Virus record (IMG/VR): IMGVR_UViG_3300028048_000045
Coordinates: 96,001 to 160,000 of that record
Source of the DNA: a virus
Taxonomy: Duplodnaviria > Caudoviricetes
Length of the DNA: 64,000 nt
Direction: 5' to 3' (one strand)
In this document: positions 37,856-48,035 of the stretch, in pieces
Layout of the letters: the number at the start of each line of letters is the position of its first letter
Position numbering within the stretch: position 1 is the first letter of the stretch
Notes under the pieces: model-generated
Told to the model about the DNA's origin: nothing
What the model saw: only the letters and a program-made list of their open reading frames with translations
Databases searched by the model: none
Program-made: the position numbers and the translations under genes

Positions 37856-40800
37856 TTATTGCCAACCAAATTCACCATTTTCATCAGAGTTTTCAAAATC
37901 TTTAGAAGCAAAATCGGTATCATGATACCATTTGTATTCTGGAGATTCTGGATCTGCTGCAGGATCGATAATAGAATTAGGACCTTCTACATCAGAATTA
38001 ACTTCATCAGAAGATAATGATTTACCACTTACTAAGAAATGTGATTTATTAGCTCGTAATGTAGCAAAATATTTTATTCGGTTATCAAATGATAATCTTA
38101 AAGATAGAATACTACCCATTCCATTACCATATACACCATTGGCTAAATTATTAAACCAATCGTTTAATGATAGTTTTGTATTGATTTCTCCACCATTTAA
38201 CAATACTTGATACCAGTTTAAATCTTCTGGTTCTGTAGGGAATAAATTATTTTCAACAGACATATCTCCAGGATAACTAGTGATAAAATCTTTAGTCATA
38301 TCATCATTAAAATCTTCACTGGTAACATCATCAAACATTTCGGTAGCAGTTTTATAATTAGTCAAATCTGTAAATAATGTGGAACTCATTAATGATGTTT
38401 GACAGCTTTCTTGAGTTTTTAAAGATGCATCAGTTACACCATTTAATAATTCATCAACAGTATAAGTGAAAGATAAATCTTCATTTTTACTAGACAATAA
38501 ATCAATAATTCCTTCATTGATTGTTGTTGATGAAGATTCCATCAGATTTTTAGCCAGTTTACTAAGTTCATAATATGATAATTGAGATATATAAGCATCT
38601 ATATCGAAAGCAGCAGTTTTTGCAAGAGAATCATAATCAAAAATTGTTTTATCACGATAAGTTCCAAAATAAACACAATTATGATGTTTATCATAAGCCA
38701 TACTTCCAATATCACCATCATGATATGCTGAAGTATCAGCATATTGATAATTTATACCATCATTGGTAGATTTAAACAATCCATATCCATTTTTAACATA
38801 TTTATTTCCAGAAGATTTATTTGCAAATAATGTAATACTTTTAGCTTTAACTATTTGATAATCAAATAATAAATCAGCTTTAGTAATATCACCAGTTGTT
38901 AAATTAGAATAGTTCATCAATTTATAAACTGATTCACCATTCTTAAATAAAATAACACCGTAATTTTTATTTTGAATATAGATATTATTATCATTTGGAT
39001 CAGATATATTTTCCCAACCGTAATCGCTTTGTTTTACAACTAATGAATCATCAGAAGGTGTTTCATCATCTATATCTTTAAAATAAGAATCAAGTATTGA
39101 AATGCTTACAGAAGAAGATGTTATGGTAATAGTGATGAAATCTAACGATTTATTTGGATAGATTACGATTACCGGTTTTTTAGAAGATGAAATATTAATA
39201 GGATTTATTACTTCTACACTAGTAATAGTATCAGCTATTTCCGAACGAATCAAATACATTATTTCTGTATCATTCTTATAAGGAATGAAATACAATTCTT
39301 TAGTAGTTGAACCGGTTCTTGTTAAGATTGTATAAATTCCATCATCGGTATCGTGTACATAATCTACATTATAAGTATCTAAAGGATATGTAGGATTGGA
39401 AATTTCTACTTCATTACTAAAACTAAACAATTCTCTTGATAACAAAACACTAGTGGATGTAATAGTTATCGGTGCTTTAGCTGCCATAACTTTAGATACA
39501 AATTTAGAATTGTCTCCAACACCTATAACTTTCATGTTATCATAAATATAACATGGGTTATTTCCACTTGCAAATGAATAAGTCTTACCCAATGTTAATG
39601 TTCTAGAACCTGTAAGTTGACCTGTTGTTATATCTACCTGTGCAAGAGCTAGCAAATGAACAATTCCGATATTAGTACTGAATAAAGCACCATACACATT
39701 CATAGGTGTAGGAACTATTGTAGTAGATTGACTTGATCCTCCACTACCAGAAGATGATTGTGAAGTATCTACTGGCCGTTGAACGTTAACAATTGTTCCT
39801 GTCACAACAGGTTTAACTCTAGTTATAGTAGAAACATTATCTGGTAAATCACAAGTATTAACATAAATACCACCAGCATCAAAATAACCTATTCCAGATT
39901 TTGAATCTTTTGGACAAACAAGTAAAGAATTATCTTCCAATTTCACAAAATAATGATCACTTCCTGTACTAGATAATCTAGAACATGTTGTAGTATTTAG
40001 TGTTGTATAATAACATCCTTTATTCTTTTTAGATGTTATGATTAATAATTTGTGTGATACGTCTATTTTAAATGAATAATCTTTAGGATTATCAGTAAAA
40101 CCAGACACACCTATTACTCTATTATTAGTCTGATCATATACATACAATGACTCTGAAATAGAGTTTTTATTAGTATCCATATCATTCAAACCAAAGTATA
40201 CAACACCATGATTATCAAATGTAATTACAAAGAATTCTCTATCTGTGATTTTTGTTCCAGAATTAGAAATAACGTCAATTTTATTTAAAGCGGTTCCTTC
40301 ATAAGTTCTTCTATAAATTCCGTTACCATCACCATTTATATTACTTTTACAAAAGAAAGATCCGATTTCTTTATCATTACTTACACCTATAGAATTCCAA
40401 TCTCCTGTACTATTTTCAGGTACATATAAAATTCTATTATTCTCCAAACTATAACCTGATACACCACGTAAATCAAATTTGTAATTAAATGTTTTAGTTA
40501 AATTATCTTTATATCTTGGAGCTGTTTTAATAAGTGGTTTAGTTTTATCATTTAAAGATTTGAGATGATCAATAGATGTAAAGAAATTTCTTTTTACAAG
40601 AGAATTTAATTGCTCTTTATCAAATTTATACAATCCTGCAATAGTTCCACTCATTTGAATATCGGCTGAACCCATAGCAAATACAAGATTGTAAAGTTTA
40701 GTAAGTTCTTCTTTATTCGTATCTTTTTCATTCTCTAAGAAATATTTATAAGAATTCTTTAAAGCATATATAGATACTAAGAATTTACCATTAGCCAATA

Positions 40801-43252
40801 ATGTTTTATGCGTAGATTTACTGAATACTTTAGAATTCAAATCATCATAATGTGTAATTCCATCAATACCAGACATCGATTTGATAAGTGTTTTGAAATA
40901 TGTATCAGGTTCATGATCTCTAGCTTTCATAGATTTATAGAAAGCTGTAAGATATTTAACTAATAAATCTCTAAGATTTAACATCGAAATTTCAGACATA
41001 AATCTAACAACATTATCAACATATAATTTTGCAGTATTTTCAGAATCCAATTGATTTAATATTTCTGCATAAGTTTCACCATTAGCACCATTTTCAGGAG
41101 TTAGATCTGTTATAGGATCAATTTCTGATATACTAGTTTTTGAAGAAGTACCAGATGTAGATGATGTGTTCGAAGCTTCTATAAGTTTTTCAATCATTGA
41201 TTCTAATTCAGGATCATCACTTATAGAATCGTCCCAAGTATATGCTTGTTTAAAATAATCACCAAACTGTGACCACATATTATTACCGGAACTAAATATT
41301 GTATCCATACCGTAATATGAATGTTCCTTAGGATTTAAAAGATAGTTTTCTACTTTCTTAAGATATACATATGCTGATGAATCAACAGCATTTTCCACAT
41401 CAAATAGTGCTTGAACAGCGTAAGATGAACCTAAAATACTTCCAACTTTAGATAACGATTGATTTAAAGTATTCATTGTTTTTATCTGACAACGTTTATA
41501 AAAATAATCGTTAACCATTCTATTTTTACCATAGATAGTAGCATTAGCTAAAAGAGCATAAATTTGTTTAATGTTTTTATTTCTTAAAACTATGTATTTA
41601 GTGTTTTTATTTAAAAAATCTATTTCATTTGCCTTATCAGCTAAACTTCCGACAAGTTCATATTTTTTAACAATATCACGATCATACATAGAAGCAATAC
41701 GTTTCTTATCTTTTTTAGCATTAATTCCTTTTCCAGATCTATTCCATAAACCTTTGGAATTATTTTCAAGTGTTTTAGATATACCATTTGTAATATTAGC
41801 TGAATATGAAACATTTTGATTATTTGCTACAGATTCCATAGCATTTGCTCTAAATGCTTTGATTTTAGCTGTAGCTCCAGCAGTACCAGATTTAACAGCA
41901 CTATTGACGGTATATCCTGCTTCAGACCAAGGACCTGTACCAGTTCCAGAAGCTATTTTAGCAGCATTTTTAGCTTCCAATGCTTCTGTAGCAGCTTTAG
42001 AAGCTTCTGATCTAGCACCTGATGCAGCAACATATTCATTATTTCTTTGAGTTGCTAATTCCTGAGTATACATATCGCTTTTAGTAGTATCATTGCCTTT
42101 ATAATCAGGCATCATTACTAAACAATCATTTTGTGTAAAAGCATATGCTCCATTATATTTATCATCTGTACTTCCATAATACTTAGGCAAAATAACAGTA
42201 TCGAAATCGGAAAAGAATTTTTGTACAGAAGAAGCATTTAAATATGTATAACTATGAACAATTAATGATTTAAAATAAACCAACATTAAACGTTCTATAC
42301 GTTTTACAAGTGTAGTATTTTCTAAATAAGCATTATATTTAGCTTCGATATCATTTTTAGTTTCAGCAGTTTCATAGTTGTAATTCTGATTCAAACCATT
42401 AGCTATACCTTCATAATCAATTATAGTTTCGGTATAATAATCCGTATTTTTATGGTTTTGAATAAAATCCCTACCGCTTTCATCATCTTTATTGATTTTA
42501 GTTTTTTCTTCACCAACTTGTATATAAAGATTAGCACAATTAGGTATTTCATCATAAGTTACTGACTTAAATCCTTTAATAGGTTTTGAATACATTTTTA
42601 ATGATGATTCTGTTACAACTAAATCAGATCTAATTTTGATTAGTTGATCGTATATTTTACGGAATATATAGTATAAATTATTAACGCATGAATGTTCGGC
42701 ACATAAAGCTAAATCTTTTTCAAGATCACTATAATCACGAACATTGTAATCTATACCATATTGCTCATCTATAAATTTCAAACTTATAGTCCAGTCTCGT
42801 TGTAAAGCTGAAGAACGAATATAATGTTTATTATATGCTAAATCTGCACCAGCTTCATATAAACCCTTTAGTGTTAAAGCAAAAGCACTATCAGGAATAT
42901 ACATCATCGAACGTATATTATTATACAAATCTTCTACAAGATTTGATACAAAGTTTATAGAAGCATTTTGAAGTTGTCTCAGGGCATCCGAACCCATATC
43001 TTTCAGTATATCTAATGCTGAAAGTGATAAGTTTTTGAAAAATCCTCCTAAATTCGAAAGAATGCCAGAGAGGTTAAATCCTTTAAAGGATTTCAATAAT
43101 TTATTTGCGTTTATGATGTCTTTTCCCATAAATGAGTCAAGACCACCAAGTGAATCTAATCCGAAGCCTTTTAATTTACTTGAAAAGCCACCTTTTCCAG
43201 ATGCTTCAACGTTATTTTTATAATTTTCAAATGAGTTTGTATTAATACCCAT
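37856..43252 (-). CDS. Large tail/baseplate structural protein with beta-rich domain
   Basis: About 1800 aa; helical N-half, Ser/Thr/Gly-rich beta-propeller-like C-half; late promoter 43273-43286; start reassigned to MGINTNS. Confidence 0.55.
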   Translation of the reverse strand: MGINTNSFENYKNNVEASGKGGFSSKLKGFGLDSLGGLDSFMGKDIINANKLLKSFKGFNLSGILSNLGGFFKNLSLSALDILKDMGSDALRQLQNASINFVSNLVEDLYNNIRSMMYIPDSAFALTLKGLYEAGADLAYNKHYIRSSALQRDWTISLKFIDEQYGIDYNVRDYSDLEKDLALCAEHSCVNNLYYIFRKIYDQLIKIRSDLVVTESSLKMYSKPIKGFKSVTYDEIPNCANLYIQVGEEKTKINKDDESGRDFIQNHKNTDYYTETIIDYEGIANGLNQNYNYETAETKNDIEAKYNAYLENTTLVKRIERLMLVYFKSLIVHSYTYLNASSVQKFFSDFDTVILPKYYGSTDDKYNGAYAFTQNDCLVMMPDYKGNDTTKSDMYTQELATQRNNEYVAASGARSEASKAATEALEAKNAAKIASGTGTGPWSEAGYTVNSAVKSGTAGATAKIKAFRANAMESVANNQNVSYSANITNGISKTLENNSKGLWNRSGKGINAKKDKKRIASMYDRDIVKKYELVGSLADKANEIDFLNKNTKYIVLRNKNIKQIYALLANATIYGKNRMVNDYFYKRCQIKTMNTLNQSLSKVGSILGSSYAVQALFDVENAVDSSAYVYLKKVENYLLNPKEHSYYGMDTIFSSGNNMWSQFGDYFKQAYTWDDSISDDPELESMIEKLIEASNTSSTSGTSSKTSISEIDPITDLTPENGANGETYAEILNQLDSENTAKLYVDNVVRFMSEISMLNLRDLLVKYLTAFYKSMKARDHEPDTYFKTLIKSMSGIDGITHYDDLNSKVFSKSTHKTLLANGKFLVSIYALKNSYKYFLENEKDTNKEELTKLYNLVFAMGSADIQMSGTIAGLYKFDKEQLNSLVKRNFFTSIDHLKSLNDKTKPLIKTAPRYKDNLTKTFNYKFDLRGVSGYSLENNRILYVPENSTGDWNSIGVSNDKEIGSFFCKSNINGDGNGIYRRTYEGTALNKIDVISNSGTKITDREFFVITFDNHGVVYFGLNDMDTNKNSISESLYVYDQTNNRVIGVSGFTDNPKDYSFKIDVSHKLLIITSKKNKGCYYTTLNTTTCSRLSSTGSDHYFVKLEDNSLLVCPKDSKSGIGYFDAGGIYVNTCDLPDNVSTITRVKPVVTGTIVNVQRPVDTSQSSSGSGGSSQSTTIVPTPMNVYGALFSTNIGIVHLLALAQVDITTGQLTGSRTLTLGKTYSFASGNNPCYIYDNMKVIGVGDNSKFVSKVMAAKAPITITSTSVLLSRELFSFSNEVEISNPTYPLDTYNVDYVHDTDDGIYTILTRTGSTTKELYFIPYKNDTEIMYLIRSEIADTITSVEVINPINISSSKKPVIVIYPNKSLDFITITITSSSVSISILDSYFKDIDDETPSDDSLVVKQSDYGWENISDPNDNNIYIQNKNYGVILFKNGESVYKLMNYSNLTTGDITKADLLFDYQIVKAKSITLFANKSSGNKYVKNGYGLFKSTNDGINYQYADTSAYHDGDIGSMAYDKHHNCVYFGTYRDKTIFDYDSLAKTAAFDIDAYISQLSYYELSKLAKNLMESSSTTINEGIIDLLSSKNEDLSFTYTVDELLNGVTDASLKTQESCQTSLMSSTLFTDLTNYKTATEMFDDVTSEDFNDDMTKDFITSYPGDMSVENNLFPTEPEDLNWYQVLLNGGEINTKLSLNDWFNNLANGVYGNGMGSILSLRLSFDNRIKYFATLRANKSHFLVSGKSLSSDEVNSDVEGPNSIIDPAADPESPEYKWYHDTDFASKDFENSDENGEFGWQ

Positions 43253-43346
43253 AATAAGCTCCATAGTGTAAATATATAGGTTTGTCAAAGCCTAAAAAAA
43301 GAAAAGATCCTAGCATAAAGCTAGGATCAATGTGAATTTATTATAT

Positions 43347-44324
43347 TTATAAATCTGTATTATTATTCTCAGAAATTTCCTGATGTTGTGGTTGTAAAAT
43401 ATTATTAAACATATTGTTTAAAATACGTGTTCTAATAATTGTAATTATATTTGTAGCTGAATTTTTAACAGTGTCATCGATATATTTCAATTTAGCTTCA
43501 CGTTTTAATAACATTGATTTTTTAAGATTAGCTAAATTTGTAAACATCTTTTCAAGAGAATTATACATTTCTGTATTTACAGTTTTTAACGATTCTTCAA
43601 GTTCATCACGCTTAATTTCAGTCATATCAAGTTTACGAGAATCTATACATTGGAAGATACATTCTTGTAATTCCTCAATATAATCTTTAGATTTATTTTT
43701 ATCGTTTAGAAATTCAATAAATCCATTTCTTCTAGTTATTTCTTTTGAACACTTAAGCCAATCTATTTCAAAATCTCGCAATAAGTCTAAGATAAAGAAA
43801 TATTCTCTACTATTTTTTATTTTAAGTAAATCAAATCCAGTTGTGTCCATAGCAACAACTAACAATCTATCATGATATTCTGTTTTAACAGTGTTTAACG
43901 TTTTGTTAAAAATATTATGTGCTTGTTCGTCGTAAGTATCTTCTATTTTTCGAATATCTTTTGTAGCTGTTATAATTTCAGATGAGAATTTTTCTAATTC
44001 AGCAGTCATTATAACATCGAGTATTCTAATGAATATATTTATATTAACTTCATGATTATTGATTTTAACTTCATCATTTGTATTTTTCTTATTTTTAAAT
44101 GTTAAAAAACCAAGTTTAATATATTCAGTCTTTGAAAGAAGTTTTTCAAAAATCTTAGCGACTAAAGTTAGAAATAAAAAAATTATTACTACAATTAAAC
44201 ACAAGAACCCGAATGCTTTAGGAAAAGCATCTGATGCCATTGCATTCACGACAGCTTGAACTTGATTAATAGCTTCTGAACTAATAGGATTAGGTGTTGA
44301 AGTTTGCAAAAATAAAGTATTCAT
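43347..44324 (-). CDS. Single-TM late membrane protein (holin-like candidate)
   Basis: TM FGFLCLIVVIIFLFLTLVA then large helical domain; late promoter AACA ATTTAA TATA at 44368-44381. Confidence 0.4.
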   Translation of the reverse strand: MNTLFLQTSTPNPISSEAINQVQAVVNAMASDAFPKAFGFLCLIVVIIFLFLTLVAKIFEKLLSKTEYIKLGFLTFKNKKNTNDEVKINNHEVNINIFIRILDVIMTAELEKFSSEIITATKDIRKIEDTYDEQAHNIFNKTLNTVKTEYHDRLLVVAMDTTGFDLLKIKNSREYFFILDLLRDFEIDWLKCSKEITRRNGFIEFLNDKNKSKDYIEELQECIFQCIDSRKLDMTEIKRDELEESLKTVNTEMYNSLEKMFTNLANLKKSMLLKREAKLKYIDDTVKNSATNIITIIRTRILNNMFNNILQPQHQEISENNNTDL

Positions 44325-44426
44325 AATACTAATAATCTCCAGTTTCAGTTATTAATCAAACTAATAATATATTAAATTGTTAAAAAAAGAAGTAGGAGAA
44401 ATTAATCTCCTACCTCTTCTTATTCA

Positions 44427-45398
44427 TTAGATGAATGCGAAATCCATTTCAGGTTCATCATCTGAATCTTTTGGCATAATTGGAATAACATTCTGATAAA
44501 CATTAGAAAGACTAATAGTTCCAGTTTTATCAGTGTTTTCTTCAACAAGTTTAGCTTCAGTTTCAGCTGACATATTTGGAGATATGAGATCATCTGTATC
44601 ATTAACAAATGCGATATCATCTTCAGAAAGATCCTGAGAGAAATCTGTAACTTCTTTCTCAATTACAACATTCTTGAGATCTTTATAATTACGTTCTCTT
44701 TCTTTAGCATATTCATCAAAAAGTTCTTCGATTTCAGTTTCAATTGGATCGAAATAACTTTCATCGAGATCTGGACCTTCACCATCGATAAGTTCAATAG
44801 TTTTGATCATGAGAAGAAGAATTGCAACACTTTTGTTTTTACTAGATGCTGTGAAATGACATGTTTCACCATTATCACGAGTTATATCCATTCCAAATGA
44901 ATATACCAATTCACCATCATCTCCTGGAACAGAAGGATATTGTTTTACATTAACATGATTTACAATTTCTTCCTGAGTTACAGTTCGCTCATCAGAAACA
45001 ATCATATCTACAAGTTCTTTCAAATCATCATCAGAATCAGTAATACAATATCTTTCATAGATAATTGGTGTCATCATGAGAAGTAATTTCAACATCTGTT
45101 TATTTTTAATAATCGGGTTGAAATACTCATAATGATCTTTATTAGCTTTATAGTTAAAGAATTCATCCTGTGATTTAATAAGAACATTGATTTTCTGAAC
45201 ATCAACTTTATTTTCTTTATCATACTTTGTAGTGATAAAGTAAGCTGGGACTGGTTTGTTATTTTTTGTATAATCGCAACCGACCCATTTAATTCTTGAA
45301 CATCCGCTTGAACTTTCTGTTGTTAATCCGATAAAGTCAAATACTTTATTAAGATAATTATTCCAAATAAGATTATGATATTTAGTTCTGTAAGCCAT
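44427..45398 (-). CDS. Hypothetical protein with acidic C-terminus
   Basis: 323-aa ORF in early operon. Confidence 0.7.
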   Translation of the reverse strand: MAYRTKYHNLIWNNYLNKVFDFIGLTTESSSGCSRIKWVGCDYTKNNKPVPAYFITTKYDKENKVDVQKINVLIKSQDEFFNYKANKDHYEYFNPIIKNKQMLKLLLMMTPIIYERYCITDSDDDLKELVDMIVSDERTVTQEEIVNHVNVKQYPSVPGDDGELVYSFGMDITRDNGETCHFTASSKNKSVAILLLMIKTIELIDGEGPDLDESYFDPIETEIEELFDEYAKERERNYKDLKNVVIEKEVTDFSQDLSEDDIAFVNDTDDLISPNMSAETEAKLVEENTDKTGTISLSNVYQNVIPIMPKDSDDEPEMDFAFI

Positions 45399-45414
45399 TT
45401 TATCCCCCTATAAC

Positions 45415-45633
45415 TTAGCATTCAATTTCATCAGTTTCATTAGTACAACAATATGCAATAACTTTATTCAATTCAGAAATCGGCATGTCTCTAATAGGTA
45501 TGGAGAGATTCATAAATTTTGATTTTCGTTCCTCACAAAATTTAATAATCTCCTCATACACTTTTTGACGTTCATCTTTTCTTATGGTTTCTTCATAAGA
45601 CAATTCTTTTTTAAGTACTTCTTCTGGTGGCAT
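45415..45633 (-). CDS. Small hypothetical protein
   Basis: 72 aa, GAGGAG RBS, operon-coupled. Confidence 0.65.
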   Translation of the reverse strand: MPPEEVLKKELSYEETIRKDERQKVYEEIIKFCEERKSKFMNLSIPIRDMPISELNKVIAYCCTNETDEIEC

Positions 45634-45636
45634 AGT

Positions 45637-46764
45637 TTACTCCTCTTCTTGAAATTGTTGTGCATCGAAAATTTCAGTAGATATTTCATTCTTAATTTTC
45701 GATTCATTATCAATATTTACATTATTCTTTAAAATTGGTTGATTATCAGGATTATAATCCTTAAATACCGCATCCAATTTATCTCCAAAATACAATGGTG
45801 TGAACATTAATCTTATAGGACCATGTTCACGTTCAATCTGTTTACAATGGAATTTAATCCTATCCAATGTAGTTTCAAGATCATTAACCATTTTTTCTTG
45901 AAATTGCCATTTACCAAATGGAATAAATGCTTTTCCAGTTTTAACTATATTTACACCCATGTTAGTATCATAAATATAAGTATAGCCATTTTGCATCGAT
46001 TCGAATTCCTGGAATAATAACTGATCTGATAAAGCTGTGCTATCATAAGTAGTTACACCTGATAATGGATTGTTTCTAGCAGCTCTAATCTGATACAATT
46101 TATCACGCATTTTATTTTCCATAGTATCGATATCCAAAACATTCATTACTGAAATTCTTGTATAATCATCAAGAAGTTCCTGCCCTTCAAATTGAATTGC
46201 TGTTTCCAATGATGTTATACAATATACTTCATTTTCTGAAAGGTTTTGATGTGTTGGTGTATAATACTGTGGAGGTGGAACTGATGGTGCATATTCCAAA
46301 GTTTTAGCTGCTAATAAACTTTTCATATCTGGTTTATCACGCAAATCTTTAGAATATAATGCTGAACCATTAGACATCGTTTTGTGTAATGAATAATCAT
46401 TTGTAGATGATACAGCCATGCCATTTAATAATGTAAATTTCGCACTTACAAAGTTAGATATATCAGTATCAAAGATTACATCATATGTATACATACAAGC
46501 ATACATTGTAGTTCCATTTGTACACCTCATCCATGGAACTACACCAATTTCTTCATCAGATCCTGCTATAGCCAAATTTATCTGAATAGCTTTTCCATAA
46601 ATTTGATTATGTGGAATGTTTGTATTGTTTTGATGATTCAATATGTCTTCTGGAGCAAAGAATAGATAAATGTATCGATGTGCTTCCAAGATACTGCTCT
46701 GCTCCAATTCAAACCCGACATCATTTAGAAATTGCGTTGGTTTGTTCCAAGTATTTAATTTCAT
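45637..46764 (-). CDS. Hypothetical protein
   Basis: 375 aa, GAGGAG RBS, early motif 46788. Confidence 0.7.
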   Translation of the reverse strand: MKLNTWNKPTQFLNDVGFELEQSSILEAHRYIYLFFAPEDILNHQNNTNIPHNQIYGKAIQINLAIAGSDEEIGVVPWMRCTNGTTMYACMYTYDVIFDTDISNFVSAKFTLLNGMAVSSTNDYSLHKTMSNGSALYSKDLRDKPDMKSLLAAKTLEYAPSVPPPQYYTPTHQNLSENEVYCITSLETAIQFEGQELLDDYTRISVMNVLDIDTMENKMRDKLYQIRAARNNPLSGVTTYDSTALSDQLLFQEFESMQNGYTYIYDTNMGVNIVKTGKAFIPFGKWQFQEKMVNDLETTLDRIKFHCKQIEREHGPIRLMFTPLYFGDKLDAVFKDYNPDNQPILKNNVNIDNESKIKNEISTEIFDAQQFQEEE

Positions 46765-46801
46765 ATTTTACTCCTCTTTAAATTCTTAATATATAAATCA
46801 T

Positions 46802-47956
46802 TTAAAAAGTAGAATGATCTCTTTCCATAGCAGCATGATATTCACATAATGCAGGATTGTCAAATTTTAACTGATCAGAAAGACCTTTAACGTTCGAATC
46901 TGTTTTGTTAACTGCGAATGAATTGAAATTTGGATCTAAATCAACAATACAAACTTTAACATTCGCGTGGTCCATTGTAATCAATAATGCATAATCGTTT
47001 TGATCACACATATAAGCTTCATTGACTCTATCGACTTCTCCACAAAGTAACATAAAGTTTGTACGGACTTCAATAGGTGACAAATTAAGATATGATCTTA
47101 ATTTTTCAAAAGTTATATTATAACCTTGTTTTCCACTGAGAATAATTTCAGCACGTGAATATCCACTATGTTCCAAACCATATTTAAGTTCACTGCAAAC
47201 TTCAGTAATTGTATTGTTTAGTTGCTCATTATAACTAACATCTGTGATTATTTTAGATGAAAGATTTTCTATACAAATATTCAATTTGTATACTTTAGTG
47301 TGATCATCCATCAATTGATTCAATGTTGTTTTATGTAAAGAATTCACATACTGTTCAGTACTCATATTATACTGATCTTCATTCAAATCAAACAAATGCC
47401 GACCATATGATTCTTCAATTCCTCCAAGCATAATCATGTCTTTTTCATCATAGTATTCTGGTGAAGGAATCAAAATATCACGATCTCTTGAGCTTTCACG
47501 AGTAATTTCATATCCTCGTGAAGTCATATCGTATGAAAGCTGAACTGTTGTTAATCCTTTATAAGAAGGACCACTCATTATTTCATCAGGTTTATCAACA
47601 ATAACATTCCAATCAATATCTGTAAATGTTATAGGTGTATCACCATCAATTTGTTCGATATCACAATCAGCCATACCATGATGAATAAAAACATTTCTAT
47701 TTCTAGTATCGACTATACCATGAATAGAACCATAAACCTCTGATGTATTAATAACTAATACTCTTGTCTTTTTAGCATTTGGTGCAAAAGAACCTGTACC
47801 AAATGGTGCTAAACTAAATAAAATTTCAAGAATGTTTGGAATAGTTGTTGAAGTCACGGACGACAACACTATAAATCTGTTATACGATTTAAAACCACCT
47901 ACATCTTTTACTGAAGAGCCAAACCTCGGAGCACTTTCACAAAATGGTAATTTCAT
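46802..47956 (-). CDS. Hypothetical protein
   Basis: 384 aa, GAGGAGG RBS, early motif 47989. Confidence 0.7.
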   Translation of the reverse strand: MKLPFCESAPRFGSSVKDVGGFKSYNRFIVLSSVTSTTIPNILEILFSLAPFGTGSFAPNAKKTRVLVINTSEVYGSIHGIVDTRNRNVFIHHGMADCDIEQIDGDTPITFTDIDWNVIVDKPDEIMSGPSYKGLTTVQLSYDMTSRGYEITRESSRDRDILIPSPEYYDEKDMIMLGGIEESYGRHLFDLNEDQYNMSTEQYVNSLHKTTLNQLMDDHTKVYKLNICIENLSSKIITDVSYNEQLNNTITEVCSELKYGLEHSGYSRAEIILSGKQGYNITFEKLRSYLNLSPIEVRTNFMLLCGEVDRVNEAYMCDQNDYALLITMDHANVKVCIVDLDPNFNSFAVNKTDSNVKGLSDQLKFDNPALCEYHAAMERDHSTF

Positions 47957-48035
47957 ATATAACTAAACCTCCTCTATATTTTTATGAAAATATATAAATA
48001 AAAGATGGGAAGTATTATTCCCATCTTTTAATCGT